The position numbers and the translations under genes were made by a program. Below, one piece after another: positions 29,696 to 38,771 of a stretch of 64,000 bases of DNA; position 1 is the first letter of the stretch, and each line of letters begins with the position of its first letter. Origin of the DNA: Polyangiales bacterium (GTDB taxonomy: Bacteria > Myxococcota_A > Polyangia > Polyangiales > Ga0077539). The notes beneath the pieces were generated by a model that saw only the letters and a program-made list of their open reading frames with translations, made no database searches and was not told the DNA's origin. The stretch is taken from the NCBI GenBank assembly GCA_044229975.1, contig JBGARZ010000001.1, positions 224,001 to 288,000 on the forward strand, in the 5' to 3' direction.

Positions 29696-30643
29696 TCAGG
29701 CCGGGGGAACGGGGCCCCAGTTGATGCGCTCGCGCTCCACGACGAGCGGGAGCTTCCGCACGTGGATGTGGATGGAGTTGATGTACTCGCCGAGGATGCC
29801 GATGAAGAAGAGCTGCACCGACGCGAAGAAGAAGAACCCGATGAGAATGGGCGCCGTGCCGAGGGTGAAGCGGTCCCAGAACACGAGCTTGGCGACGAGG
29901 TAACCCAACGACAGCAGGAGGCTGAGCCCCGACAGGATGAAGCCCGCGAAGGTGGCGAGTCGCAGCGGCGCGACCGAGTGCTTCACGATGCCGAGGATGG
30001 CGAGGTCGTAGAGCGTGAAGAAGTTGTTCTTGGTGATGCCGCGCACGCGGCGGGGCTTGTCGAAGAGCACGCGCGCTGGGGGGTAGCCGATCTCCGAGAT
30101 GAGCCCGCGGAAGTACGGCTGCGGGTCGTCGATGTGCCGCAGCGCCTCGATGACGGCCTGATCGTAGAGGCCGAAGCCGGTGAAATTCTGGATGGGCCGC
30201 ACGTCGGAGATGCGGTGGATGAGCGCGTAGAAGGTGCCGCGAAGCACCCGGTACACGAAGCTCTCGTCGGTGGTGCGCTTCACCGCCGCGACGATCTTGG
30301 AGCCCTCCTCCCACTTCGCGACGAGCTCGGGGATGAGCGCGGGCGGGTCCTGGAGATCGGACGCCATCATGATGACGGCATCGCCGCGACACTGGAGCAG
30401 GCCGTGGTGGGGCGAGCGCACGTGGCCGAAGTTGCGGACGTTGAGGATCGCCTTCACCGCAGGGTCCTTGGCGGCGAGGGCGCGCAGCTCGGCGACGGTT
30501 CCGTCGGTGGAGCAGTTGTCGATGAAGACGAACTCCAGCGTGTGCTGTGGCAGGCGATCGAAGACCGCCCGCACCTGTGTGTACAGCTCCGTGATGTTGC
30601 CCTCTTCGTTGTAACAGGGCGCCAGGACGGTGATGAGCGGCAT
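29696..30643 (-). CDS. Glycosyltransferase family 2, polyprenol-phosphate glycosyltransferase (GtrB/ArnC-like)
   Basis: PCYNEE, FIDNCSTD, RNFG, SDLQDPP, two C-terminal TM helices, GILGEY. Confidence 0.9.
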   Translation of the reverse strand: MPLITVLAPCYNEEGNITELYTQVRAVFDRLPQHTLEFVFIDNCSTDGTVAELRALAAKDPAVKAILNVRNFGHVRSPHHGLLQCRGDAVIMMASDLQDPPALIPELVAKWEEGSKIVAAVKRTTDESFVYRVLRGTFYALIHRISDVRPIQNFTGFGLYDQAVIEALRHIDDPQPYFRGLISEIGYPPARVLFDKPRRVRGITKNNFFTLYDLAILGIVKHSVAPLRLATFAGFILSGLSLLLSLGYLVAKLVFWDRFTLGTAPILIGFFFFASVQLFFIGILGEYINSIHIHVRKLPLVVERERINWGPVPPA

Positions 30644-30682
30644 CGGGGGGAATGGTCTACGGGGCGGTCGGGCGGTGTGACG

Positions 30683-32275
30683 TCAGCGCGGCGGCGTGAT
30701 GACGTAGGGGAACATCATGTTCTGCGTCGGCGAGCGGAAGGCCGGGAAGTGGGCGCGACGGACGACGCCTTCGATGCAGCTACCCACCGGCGATCCGGCG
30801 AACTGGCCGCTCACCGTGGCGGAGCGCACGGCGCCGTCGTTGCCGATGACGATGGCCACCGGCGCGGTGCCCGTCTCGCCGCCCGCGCATGAGCGCACGG
30901 GGCCGCTGAGGGGGGACAACACACCCATGATCTGCGAGCGGGTGAGGCGCTCGGGGAGGTCGGGCGCGGCGGCAGCGGCGGGCGCGGCGGCGGCCGTGGT
31001 GTTGGGCGCCACGCGGTTCATGATGTCGTCGAGGGAGCCACCGCCGGCAGCCGGACGCGCCGAGGCCGGAGCGGCAGCGGCGGGCGTCGCTGCACCACCG
31101 CGCGCAGCGGTCGGCGCGGGCGCGGCCGGAGGCGGAGCGGCCGGCGCGGGCGCAGCAGCGACCACCGGAGGCGTCGTCGGCGCGGGCGCCGCGGCGCGCG
31201 CGGGGGCAGGCGCTTCGGCGCGCTCGTGCCGCGCGGGCGCACGGTCGGCGGGCGCCGCGGCGGCGTGGGCTTGCGCGGGGGCCTGCACCGCGGGCTCCGG
31301 GGCCGGAGCCGATTCAGCCGCGGGTGTCGGCGTGGGCGCCGCGGCGACCACGGGCGCCGACTCGGGCTGCGCCACCGGCGGTGGGGGCGCGACGACGACG
31401 GGCGCGGGCGCAGGCGGCTCGGTCGGAGCAGCGGGCGTCGCGGTCGCGGTGGGCGCGTTGGAGTCGACGGCGCCGGGCGAGGTGGGCGACGGGCTCTGCG
31501 TGGAGTTGTAGACGAAGAAGGCCGCGGCCATGACGACCATGCCGCCGATGGCCCACACCGGGCCACCGACGCGCGAGGGCGGCGGAGCGTCGGGCAAGGG
31601 CACCGCCGCGGGCTTGGCGACGACCATGACGTCGTCCTTCTTCGCCGCGGGCTTCGCGTCGGCCTTCGGGGTCTCCCCGGGCTTCGCGGCCTCGGCCTTC
31701 GGGGCCTCCTTCGCGGGCTCAGGCGCGGCGGCCGCGGGCGGCGGCGCCGAGGCGGCGGCGTCGCGGGCGATGGCCGAGAGCTGCTTGATGTCGACGATGC
31801 CCGAGCTGGTGTCATCGGCGTCGTCGACGATGGAGGCCACCGCGTGCGGACGAACCGACGGCACCGCGCCGGGCGCGAGGGAGGTGCGGGTCAGGGCCGC
31901 GAGGTTCTCGAGGTCCGGGTCGTGTTCGTTGGGCTCGGACATGGCAGGTCGTGTCTCCATCGGTGAAGCGTCGTCGTCGCGGAAGGCGGGCGGCGCGGAG
32001 TAGTCGGTCTCGCCAGGTGGGATGCGCTCACCGCCCGCGATCTTGGCCTCGGCGTCGAGGGCCGCGAGGATCTTCGCCTCGGCCGCCTCCCACTGCGCCG
32101 CCGAGCGGTCTCGCGTCGGCCACGCGCGCAGCCTGCGGTCGTCGGCCCGGAGGGCCTGCGCGTACGCCTTGGCCGCGGGGTCGCGCGACAGCGCCTTGGA
32201 CAGCCCGCGGTCGGACGCGGAGTCCGCCGGGCGGTCGAGCGAGGCAAGGATCTTCTCTCTAAGAACGTCGTCCAC
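30683..32275 (-). CDS. Single-TM protein: anti-sigma-like N-terminus, Pro/Ala linker, AgmX/TonB-C-like C-terminal domain
   Basis: Overlaps the ECF sigma stop; SSGIVDIKQL motif, TM (WAIGGMVVMAAAFFVY), long PA linker, VRSC...V.IGNDGAV...GSCI...F.AF...FPY. Confidence 0.7.
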   Translation of the reverse strand: MDDVLREKILASLDRPADSASDRGLSKALSRDPAAKAYAQALRADDRRLRAWPTRDRSAAQWEAAEAKILAALDAEAKIAGGERIPPGETDYSAPPAFRDDDASPMETRPAMSEPNEHDPDLENLAALTRTSLAPGAVPSVRPHAVASIVDDADDTSSGIVDIKQLSAIARDAAASAPPPAAAAPEPAKEAPKAEAAKPGETPKADAKPAAKKDDVMVVAKPAAVPLPDAPPPSRVGGPVWAIGGMVVMAAAFFVYNSTQSPSPTSPGAVDSNAPTATATPAAPTEPPAPAPVVVAPPPPVAQPESAPVVAAAPTPTPAAESAPAPEPAVQAPAQAHAAAAPADRAPARHERAEAPAPARAAAPAPTTPPVVAAAPAPAAPPPAAPAPTAARGGAATPAAAAPASARPAAGGGSLDDIMNRVAPNTTAAAAPAAAAAPDLPERLTRSQIMGVLSPLSGPVRSCAGGETGTAPVAIVIGNDGAVRSATVSGQFAGSPVGSCIEGVVRRAHFPAFRSPTQNMMFPYVITPPR

Positions 32276-32855
32276 GTTCGCCTCCGGCAGTCACTGCATG
32301 GTCGTCGGGCGCTGCGGCGGGCAGGGCGTCCCGGAGCCGCCGTCGCGCTTCGTGGACTCGCCACGCGACGGTGCCTTCACTACAACCCAGGACCTCGGCG
32401 ATTTCTTTGTAGGGGAGTGACTCCACGCAGGCGAGCACGAGGGTGGTGCGCAACGACTCGGACAAGCCGTCCACGGCTGCGGCGAGCGAGCGCCACGACT
32501 CCGCCTGGTCGGCGCTCTCGGAGGGATCGCTCCCTTCGGCGATGGGCTCTGGCACCCGCGGGTCGTCGAGGTCGGCCACCACGCGGCGCTGACGGCGGCG
32601 CTGGTTGAGCGAGACGTTGACGCAGATGCGGTAGAGCCACGTGAAGATGTCGGCGCGCCCGTCGAAGCGCTCGATGGCGCGGAAGGCGCGGAGGAAGGAC
32701 TCCTGCACCACGTCGTCGGCGTCACCCGAAGAGCCCGTGAGGTGCAGCGCGAGGCGGTGCAGGCGCTTGTGGTGCTGGCGGACGATCTGGCCGAACGCCG
32801 CGCGATCGCCGCCGCGGGCGCGCTCCAGCCACTGGGCTTCTTCGGGGGTGCTCAT
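32259..32855 (-). CDS. ECF sigma factor (sigma-70 group 4)
   Basis: GDRAAF, DADDVVQESFLRA, FTWLYRICVN, Y.EIAEVLG.SEGTV..RV..AR. Confidence 0.93.
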   Translation of the reverse strand: MSTPEEAQWLERARGGDRAAFGQIVRQHHKRLHRLALHLTGSSGDADDVVQESFLRAFRAIERFDGRADIFTWLYRICVNVSLNQRRRQRRVVADLDDPRVPEPIAEGSDPSESADQAESWRSLAAAVDGLSESLRTTLVLACVESLPYKEIAEVLGCSEGTVAWRVHEARRRLRDALPAAAPDDHAVTAGGERGRRS

Positions 32856-33023
32856 TCGTCGTACAGACGCGGGGGTAGCGTCGAAGGCGCGCGGACGATA
32901 GTCGAAGCACCCCACGCAAACAACAACGCTGCGCGGCGCCCGCGAGTGACTTCCCGGGGGTGTGGCACTAGGGTCCGAGCGCGCGGCCGGAACGCGATCC
33001 CGAGCGCGCAGGAGTGATGAACG

Positions 33024-33956
33024 ATGGCAGTGGTTGACGACCTCACGGCGGACATCCAGCGGCTGAAGCGCGAGCGCAACGCCGTGGTTCTGGCCCACTA
33101 CTACGTGGACGGCGAGGTGCAGGACGCGGCGGATTTCGTGGGCGACTCGCTGCAGCTCTCCCAGGCGGCGGCCAAGACCACGGCCGACGTGATCGTGTTC
33201 GCGGGCGTTCACTTCATGGCCGAGACCGCGAAGATCTTGAACCCCACCCGCAAGGTCGTGTTGCCCGACATGGACGCGGGCTGCTCGCTCGCCTCGGGTT
33301 GCCCGGCCGACCGCTTCGCGGACTTCACCGCGCGGCACCCCGACCACTACGTCATCTCGTACATCAACTGCTCGGCCGGGGTGAAGGCGCTCTCGGACTG
33401 CATCGTCACCAGCTCCAACGCCGTTCGCATCGTGCAGAGCGTGCCGGCCGACCGACCCATCCTCTTCGCGCCCGACCGCAACCTTGGGGCCTACGTCGCG
33501 AAGCAGACGGGCCGCGATATGCTGCTCTGGCGGGGGAGCTGCATCGTCCACGAGACCTTCTCGGAGAAGAAGCTCATCGGCATCAAGGTGCGGCACCCCG
33601 ACGCGAAGGTGGTCGCGCACCCGGAGTGCGAACCCCAGCTCCTCGCGCTCGCGGACTTCATCGGGTCGACCAGCGCGTTGCTCAAGTACACGAAGGAGTC
33701 GAGCGCGCGGGAGTTCATCGTGGTGACCGAGAGCGGCATCCTCCACCAGATGCGGCGCGACTCGCCCGACAAGGAGTTCATCCCCGCGCCGCCCGACGCC
33801 GACTGCGCCTGCAACGACTGCCCCTTCATGAAGAAGAACTCCCTCGAAGCCGTGCACCGCGCGCTCGACACCCTGGAGCCCGAGATCACCCTCCCCGAAG
33901 ACCTCCGGGTGAAGGCCCTGCGCCCCATCGAGCGCATGCTCGAACTCAGCGTCTGA
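33024..33956 (+). CDS. nadA: Quinolinate synthase
   Basis: [50 protein letters not shown]. Confidence 0.97.
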   Translation: MAVVDDLTADIQRLKRERNAVVLAHYYVDGEVQDAADFVGDSLQLSQAAAKTTADVIVFAGVHFMAETAKILNPTRKVVLPDMDAGCSLASGCPADRFADFTARHPDHYVISYINCSAGVKALSDCIVTSSNAVRIVQSVPADRPILFAPDRNLGAYVAKQTGRDMLLWRGSCIVHETFSEKKLIGIKVRHPDAKVVAHPECEPQLLALADFIGSTSALLKYTKESSAREFIVVTESGILHQMRRDSPDKEFIPAPPDADCACNDCPFMKKNSLEAVHRALDTLEPEITLPEDLRVKALRPIERMLELSV

Positions 33957-33965
33957 GCGCGTCTC

Positions 33966-36491
33966 TCAGCGACACGTCGAGTCGTCGAGGCGGATGCCAC
34001 CCGGGCAGATGATCTGTCCGAGGTTTCGCACGCAGCACGCCGGGCTCACCATCCGAACGGGACGACAGCACACCGCCGTGTCCCCACCGACGACCGTCGA
34101 GCAGACGTTGTTGCAGCTCCCGCAGTGCGTCGTGTCGAAGAGCGACTGCTCGCACCCGTTGCTCACGTCGTTGTCGCAGTCGGCCCAGTTGGTGTCGCAG
34201 GTGAGCATGCACCGCCCCTCGGTGCAGGCCGAGGCCGTGAGGTGGAGGCGCAGCGTGCTCGCCGCCGGGCACACCTGATTGCACCCGCCGCAGTGGGCCA
34301 TGCTGGTCTCAAACGCCGCCTCGCATCCGTTCGAGCTGTTGCCGTCGCAGTCGCCGTAGGTGCGCTGGCAGAGGTACCCGCAGGTGCCGTTGTCGCAGTA
34401 GCCCGCCGCGTTGGGAGGATTCTCGCAGCTCACCCGGCACTCGCCGCAGTGGGTGCTGTCGGTCGGGAGATGGACCTCGCAGCCGTTGGCGGGGCTGTTG
34501 TCGCAGTCCGCGTAGTTGTCCTCGCAGCGTCGCACGCAGGTCCCGCTCGCGCACCCCGCGGTCTGGTGGGCGCCCGCGGTGCACACGTTGCCGCACGCGC
34601 GGCAGTGGTTGACGTTGGTGTTGAGGTCGACGCAGGCGCCCGCGCACACCGTCTGCCCCGGCGGGCACGAGAGCACGCAGGTTCCGTTGCTGCAGATGTT
34701 GCCCGCCGCACACGCGCGCCCGCACGCGCCGCAGTGGGCGCCGCTCGACCGCGTGTCGGTCTCGCAGCCGTTGGCGGGGTTGTTGTCGCAGTTGCCGTAG
34801 TTCGTCGCGCACACCCCGAGCCCGCACGCTCCGCCCGTGCACGTCGCCGTCGCGTTGGCGAAGGAGCACGCCTGCCCGCACCCGCCGCAGTGCGAGGTGT
34901 TCGCGCGGGTGTCGGTCTCGCACCCGTTGCCCGCCACGCCGTCGCAGTTGGCGTATCCCGCGGAGCACGCCCCGAGCACGCACGCCCCGCCCGCGCAGGA
35001 CGACGCGGCGTTGGCGAAGGCGCAATAACTCCCGCAGCGCCCACAGTTGAGCGGGTCGGTGTTGACGTTGACCTCGCAGCCGTTGGGCCCGTTGTCGTCG
35101 CAGTCGCGGAAGCCCGGCGCGCAGCTCGCGATGCCGCAGCGCCCCGCAGAACACACGGGCACCACGTTGGGCGCCGCGCACGCCTGGCCGCACCCGCCGC
35201 AGTGGCTGAGGCTGGTGCGTGAGTCGACCTCGCAGCCGTTGGCCACCAGCCCGTCGCAGTCGAGGAAGCCCTCGTTGCACGAGTCGATGTGACACGACCC
35301 GCCGCGACAAAACGGCGTCCCGTTGGGAGCGGCGCACACGTTGCCGCACGCCCCGCAGTTCATCAGGTCGTTGGCGACGCGGCGCTCACAGCCGTTGGCC
35401 GCCACGGCGTCGCAGTCGAAGAAGCCGGGGAGGCATGCGTCGAGTCGGCAGGTCCCGCTCTCGCAAACTGCCAGCGCGTTGGCGAAGGCGCAGGTGCGGC
35501 CGCACGCGCCGCAGTTGGTGACGCTGGTGTTCGTCGAGGTCTCGCACGCCGGGTCGCCGGGGACGCACTCGGCCGTGCCGGGGAGACAGGCCGACGCCAC
35601 GCACACGCTCGCCTCACACGCCTGCATCGTCCCGCACGCGCGGTTGCAGGCGCCGCAGTGGCCGCGGTCGCGGGCGAGGTCGACCTCGCAGCCGTTGGCC
35701 GCCATGCCGTCGCAGTTGGCGAAGCCCGGGTTGCATGTGCCGAGGGTGCAGGCTCCGGCTTCGCAGCGGCCCGCCGCGCGGTTGGGCGCGCACGCCTGCC
35801 CGCAGGCGCCGCAGTGGGCCGCCGACGTACGCGTGTCGGTCTCACAGCCGTTGGTGGGGTTGTTGTCGCAGTCGTCGAAGCCGACCTGACAGCTCACCTG
35901 ACAAGCCCCCGCCCGGCAGCGGCTCAAGGTGTTGACGCCGGTGGGCGCGCAGGCCCGACCGCACGCGCCGCAGTTCAGCGAGTCCTCCTGCAGGTTGACG
36001 CACCGGCTGTCGCAGACCGCCGCCGAGGCCGGGCAGTCGGCCACGCACGATCCGCCGACGCACCTCTGACCATCCGCGCACGCGGCGCCGCACGACCCGC
36101 AATGGCGGCCGCTGGTCTGGAGGTCGACGCAGGCGTTGCCGCACGCGAAGAGCGCCCCCGGGCAGCGCGCGCAGTAGCCCTCCGAGCACACCAGCCCCGC
36201 CGTGCAGAACGCCCCGCGCATGGCATCCGCGCAGCAACGATCGCCGGGCTCGCGGCAACCCGGAACGGGAACGTCGACCGGCGGCGTGTCCGTCGGCACA
36301 TCGTCGGGCGCGTCCATCGCAGGGCCCGCGTCGGCGCCCTGATCGACGGCGACGCCGCGGTCGGTCGGCACGTCGGCCGGGCGCGTCTGGAGCTCGAAGC
36401 CCGTGGTGCACCCCGCGACGAGCAGCGACACCCACGCGATGACCCAGAGACCGACCTGCACGTCACGACGCATCGCCAGCCTCCTCGTCAA
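33966..36491 (-). CDS. Cys-rich repeat lipoprotein (NGCE/Stig1-like repeats)
   Basis: Lipobox VAGC; about 10 NGCE repeats plus CVDL..HCG.CG units; start may be the ATG at 36473. Confidence 0.85.
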   Translation of the reverse strand: MTRRLAMRRDVQVGLWVIAWVSLLVAGCTTGFELQTRPADVPTDRGVAVDQGADAGPAMDAPDDVPTDTPPVDVPVPGCREPGDRCCADAMRGAFCTAGLVCSEGYCARCPGALFACGNACVDLQTSGRHCGSCGAACADGQRCVGGSCVADCPASAAVCDSRCVNLQEDSLNCGACGRACAPTGVNTLSRCRAGACQVSCQVGFDDCDNNPTNGCETDTRTSAAHCGACGQACAPNRAAGRCEAGACTLGTCNPGFANCDGMAANGCEVDLARDRGHCGACNRACGTMQACEASVCVASACLPGTAECVPGDPACETSTNTSVTNCGACGRTCAFANALAVCESGTCRLDACLPGFFDCDAVAANGCERRVANDLMNCGACGNVCAAPNGTPFCRGGSCHIDSCNEGFLDCDGLVANGCEVDSRTSLSHCGGCGQACAAPNVVPVCSAGRCGIASCAPGFRDCDDNGPNGCEVNVNTDPLNCGRCGSYCAFANAASSCAGGACVLGACSAGYANCDGVAGNGCETDTRANTSHCGGCGQACSFANATATCTGGACGLGVCATNYGNCDNNPANGCETDTRSSGAHCGACGRACAAGNICSNGTCVLSCPPGQTVCAGACVDLNTNVNHCRACGNVCTAGAHQTAGCASGTCVRRCEDNYADCDNSPANGCEVHLPTDSTHCGECRVSCENPPNAAGYCDNGTCGYLCQRTYGDCDGNSSNGCEAAFETSMAHCGGCNQVCPAASTLRLHLTASACTEGRCMLTCDTNWADCDNDVSNGCEQSLFDTTHCGSCNNVCSTVVGGDTAVCCRPVRMVSPACCVRNLGQIICPGGIRLDDSTCR

Positions 36492-37594
36492 AACCGCAGC
36501 CCGATGCCGCCGGGCCCCGCGGCGACCTCGACGGAGGTCCGGCCACCACCGAAGCGCGTCTGCGTGACGAGCACGACCGACGCCACGCCCAGCGCGGCAG
36601 CTACGCCGAAGGCCACGTTGGTGATCGTTCGCAGGCTCTCGCCGCGCGCCGCGAGGTCACGATCGTCCGCGCTGTCGGCATAGCGTGGGGCGGCGTCGAA
36701 GTCCTGCCCCGCCGACGCCGTGAGCCCGCCGAAGACCCCGCCCAGCACCAGGGCCACCCCGGTGCCCGCCGCCGCCGCGATGAACCACCCCGGCGCCACC
36801 CCCGTCGGCCGCGCCATGTGCGCCGTGAGCACCCGCGACCGCTGCGGCTCGATGAGCACCTCGGCCCGCCACGACGCGAAGCCCGGCGCGCTCAGCTCGA
36901 CCCGATGGGTCCGCACCGCGAGCTGCGCGGGCGACCGCACCACCGCCCCGTCGACCCGCAGCACCGCGCCCGCTGGGGCGTTGCGCAGCACGAGGGTTCC
37001 CGTCGTCCCGGCGGGCGGACTCGCCACTCCAGGGAGCATCGCGAGCACCACGTCGCGCGTCTCGCCCGACGCGATGATGACGGCCTCCGAGCGCGTCGCG
37101 AAGCCCGCTCGCTGCGCCACGACGACGTGCCGGCCGGGCCCTACCGCGAGCTCCGCCGCGAGGTGCGCGGGCGTCACGGCTTCGCCGTCGAGCGTCACCG
37201 CCGCGTCGGCCGGCGTCACGCGCACCCGCAGGTGGGCGATGAAGCCCCGCAGCGTCGTGAGCACGCGAGTCACCTCCTGGCGACGCTCGGCGGAGAGGTC
37301 GCTCGCGAGCCGGAGGTACTCCTCGATGGCCGTCGCCGCCTCGGGGTAGCGCGCCATCGCCTGGTAGGCGCGGCCGATGTTGAAGAGCAGGTCGACGCGC
37401 CCCGACAGCGCCAGCGACCGCCGAAACTCCGCCACCGCCCCCTCGTAGTTGCGCGCCGTGTAGAGCGCCACGCCGCGCTCGTAGCGCACCTCCGCCTCGC
37501 TACGCTCCTGCGCGCCCGCCGTGGCCCCCGCGGCGGTGACGATGGTTGCAACGAAGATGGCGCCCACGCGCCCGCCACGAGTCCGACCCTTCAC
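36488..37594 (-). CDS. Secreted TPR + PEGA domain protein with C-terminal membrane segment
   Basis: Signal peptide, TPR (YERGVALY...LLFNIGRAY), two PEGA-like domains, TM hairpin, terminal GLRF. Confidence 0.82.
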   Translation of the reverse strand: MKGRTRGGRVGAIFVATIVTAAGATAGAQERSEAEVRYERGVALYTARNYEGAVAEFRRSLALSGRVDLLFNIGRAYQAMARYPEAATAIEEYLRLASDLSAERRQEVTRVLTTLRGFIAHLRVRVTPADAAVTLDGEAVTPAHLAAELAVGPGRHVVVAQRAGFATRSEAVIIASGETRDVVLAMLPGVASPPAGTTGTLVLRNAPAGAVLRVDGAVVRSPAQLAVRTHRVELSAPGFASWRAEVLIEPQRSRVLTAHMARPTGVAPGWFIAAAAGTGVALVLGGVFGGLTASAGQDFDAAPRYADSADDRDLAARGESLRTITNVAFGVAAALGVASVVLVTQTRFGGGRTSVEVAAGPGGIGLRF

Positions 37595-37619
37595 CCCGTC
37601 ACTAAACCACAGCGGCGCC

Positions 37620-38186
37620 TCAACGGCGACGCGTCACCGCGGCCCGCGTCACTGCCACGTCGGGGTTGGCCAGGATCTCCGTCGCCACCACGAACGCATC
37701 CGTCGCAGCCTCTTCGCCCGCCGCCACCGCGGCCTCGACGTCTTCGAGCGAGCCCGTGAACACCACCGTCCCCTTGCCGCCGATGCCACGGCCAAGGTGC
37801 AGGTCGACGAGGCTCACGGCCGCACACTTCAACGCGGCATCCGCCGCCCGCACCGCCGAGGAGAGGGACGACAGCTCGATGACCCCGATGGCGTCGTCGG
37901 GCGCGCCCTGACGGACACCGCCGCCCGCGGCGACGGCCGCCATCAGCGCGGGGTGCGCGTACGGCAACAGCACATGGTCGACGCGGTGACCGCCCGTCGC
38001 TTCGAGGCCCGCCACCAGCGCCTCGTCGAGCTCGGCTTCGCCGCCGTGGAGGGCGATCCAGTACTTGCCCGGGGTGATGGGCTCGGCGTGGAGCACCCCG
38101 ACCACCGCGCGCTTGGCCATCGCGTCGAGGGCCACGTAGCCGCGCGCGATGGACCCCAACTCCAGCAGCAGCAGCGCAGGGCCCAT
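37620..38186 (-). CDS. Bacterial microcompartment shell protein with tandem BMC domains (BMC-T)
   Basis: ALLLLEL.SIARG..A.DAM.K...PGKY and AIGVIEL......AADAALK...GIGGKG....G...DV.AA. Confidence 0.88.
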   Translation of the reverse strand: MGPALLLLELGSIARGYVALDAMAKRAVVGVLHAEPITPGKYWIALHGGEAELDEALVAGLEATGGHRVDHVLLPYAHPALMAAVAAGGGVRQGAPDDAIGVIELSSLSSAVRAADAALKCAAVSLVDLHLGRGIGGKGTVVFTGSLEDVEAAVAAGEEAATDAFVVATEILANPDVAVTRAAVTRRR

Positions 38187-38273
38187 CGAGTGACAGCGGA
38201 GGGACTACCACCCCACGCGCGAGCGGGACAAGCGTTGCCCGCGCGGTGGTACCGTCGGCGCCGCCGTCGCCCG

Positions 38274-38771
38274 ATGCACACCCGCTGCCCGCGCTGCCAG
38301 TTCGACTTCGACGCCGCCGCCCCATGGGTGCACTGCCCCCGCTGCGCGCATCCCTTCGCCGCGACGGCCCTATCCCCCCCCGGCGTCATCGGAACGCAGG
38401 CCCTCGACCCCGCGGTGCTCGCCAACGTGCAACGCGCCTCGGCCACTCCGCAGCCCGCGCCCTACGCCCAGCCCAACGCGTGGCAGCCGCCGCGCCCCGC
38501 GACGCCGTCCTTCGTCCCCGACGAAGACCTGGCGGGCCGCGCCGTCGTCTCCACGGTGCTGTCGATGGTGAGCCTCGTCGGTGGGTGCAACCCCGTCGGT
38601 CTCGTCGGCGTCACGCTCGGGCTCATGGCCTACGCCGCCGCCAACGATCAGCGCATCGCGCTCGCCCAGTCGCGCGGCCGGACGGCCCGCCGCGTCGCGT
38701 GGGTGTCGATGCTCCTCACGGTCATCGTCTGGGTCGTGGTGGTGCTGTCGCTCTTCTACGAGTTTGCGTAG
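38274..38771 (+). CDS. Zinc-ribbon + two-TM (CD225/DUF4190-like) membrane protein
   Basis: CPRC...CPRC, Pro-rich linker, hydrophobic C-terminal helices. Confidence 0.65.
   Translation: MHTRCPRCQFDFDAAAPWVHCPRCAHPFAATALSPPGVIGTQALDPAVLANVQRASATPQPAPYAQPNAWQPPRPATPSFVPDEDLAGRAVVSTVLSMVSLVGGCNPVGLVGVTLGLMAYAAANDQRIALAQSRGRTARRVAWVSMLLTVIVWVVVVLSLFYEFA

Noticed and set aside
32963..32978. TGGCAC upstream of nadA as a sigma54 promoter
   Set aside because: No GC at the -12 position (TGGCACTAGGGTCCG)
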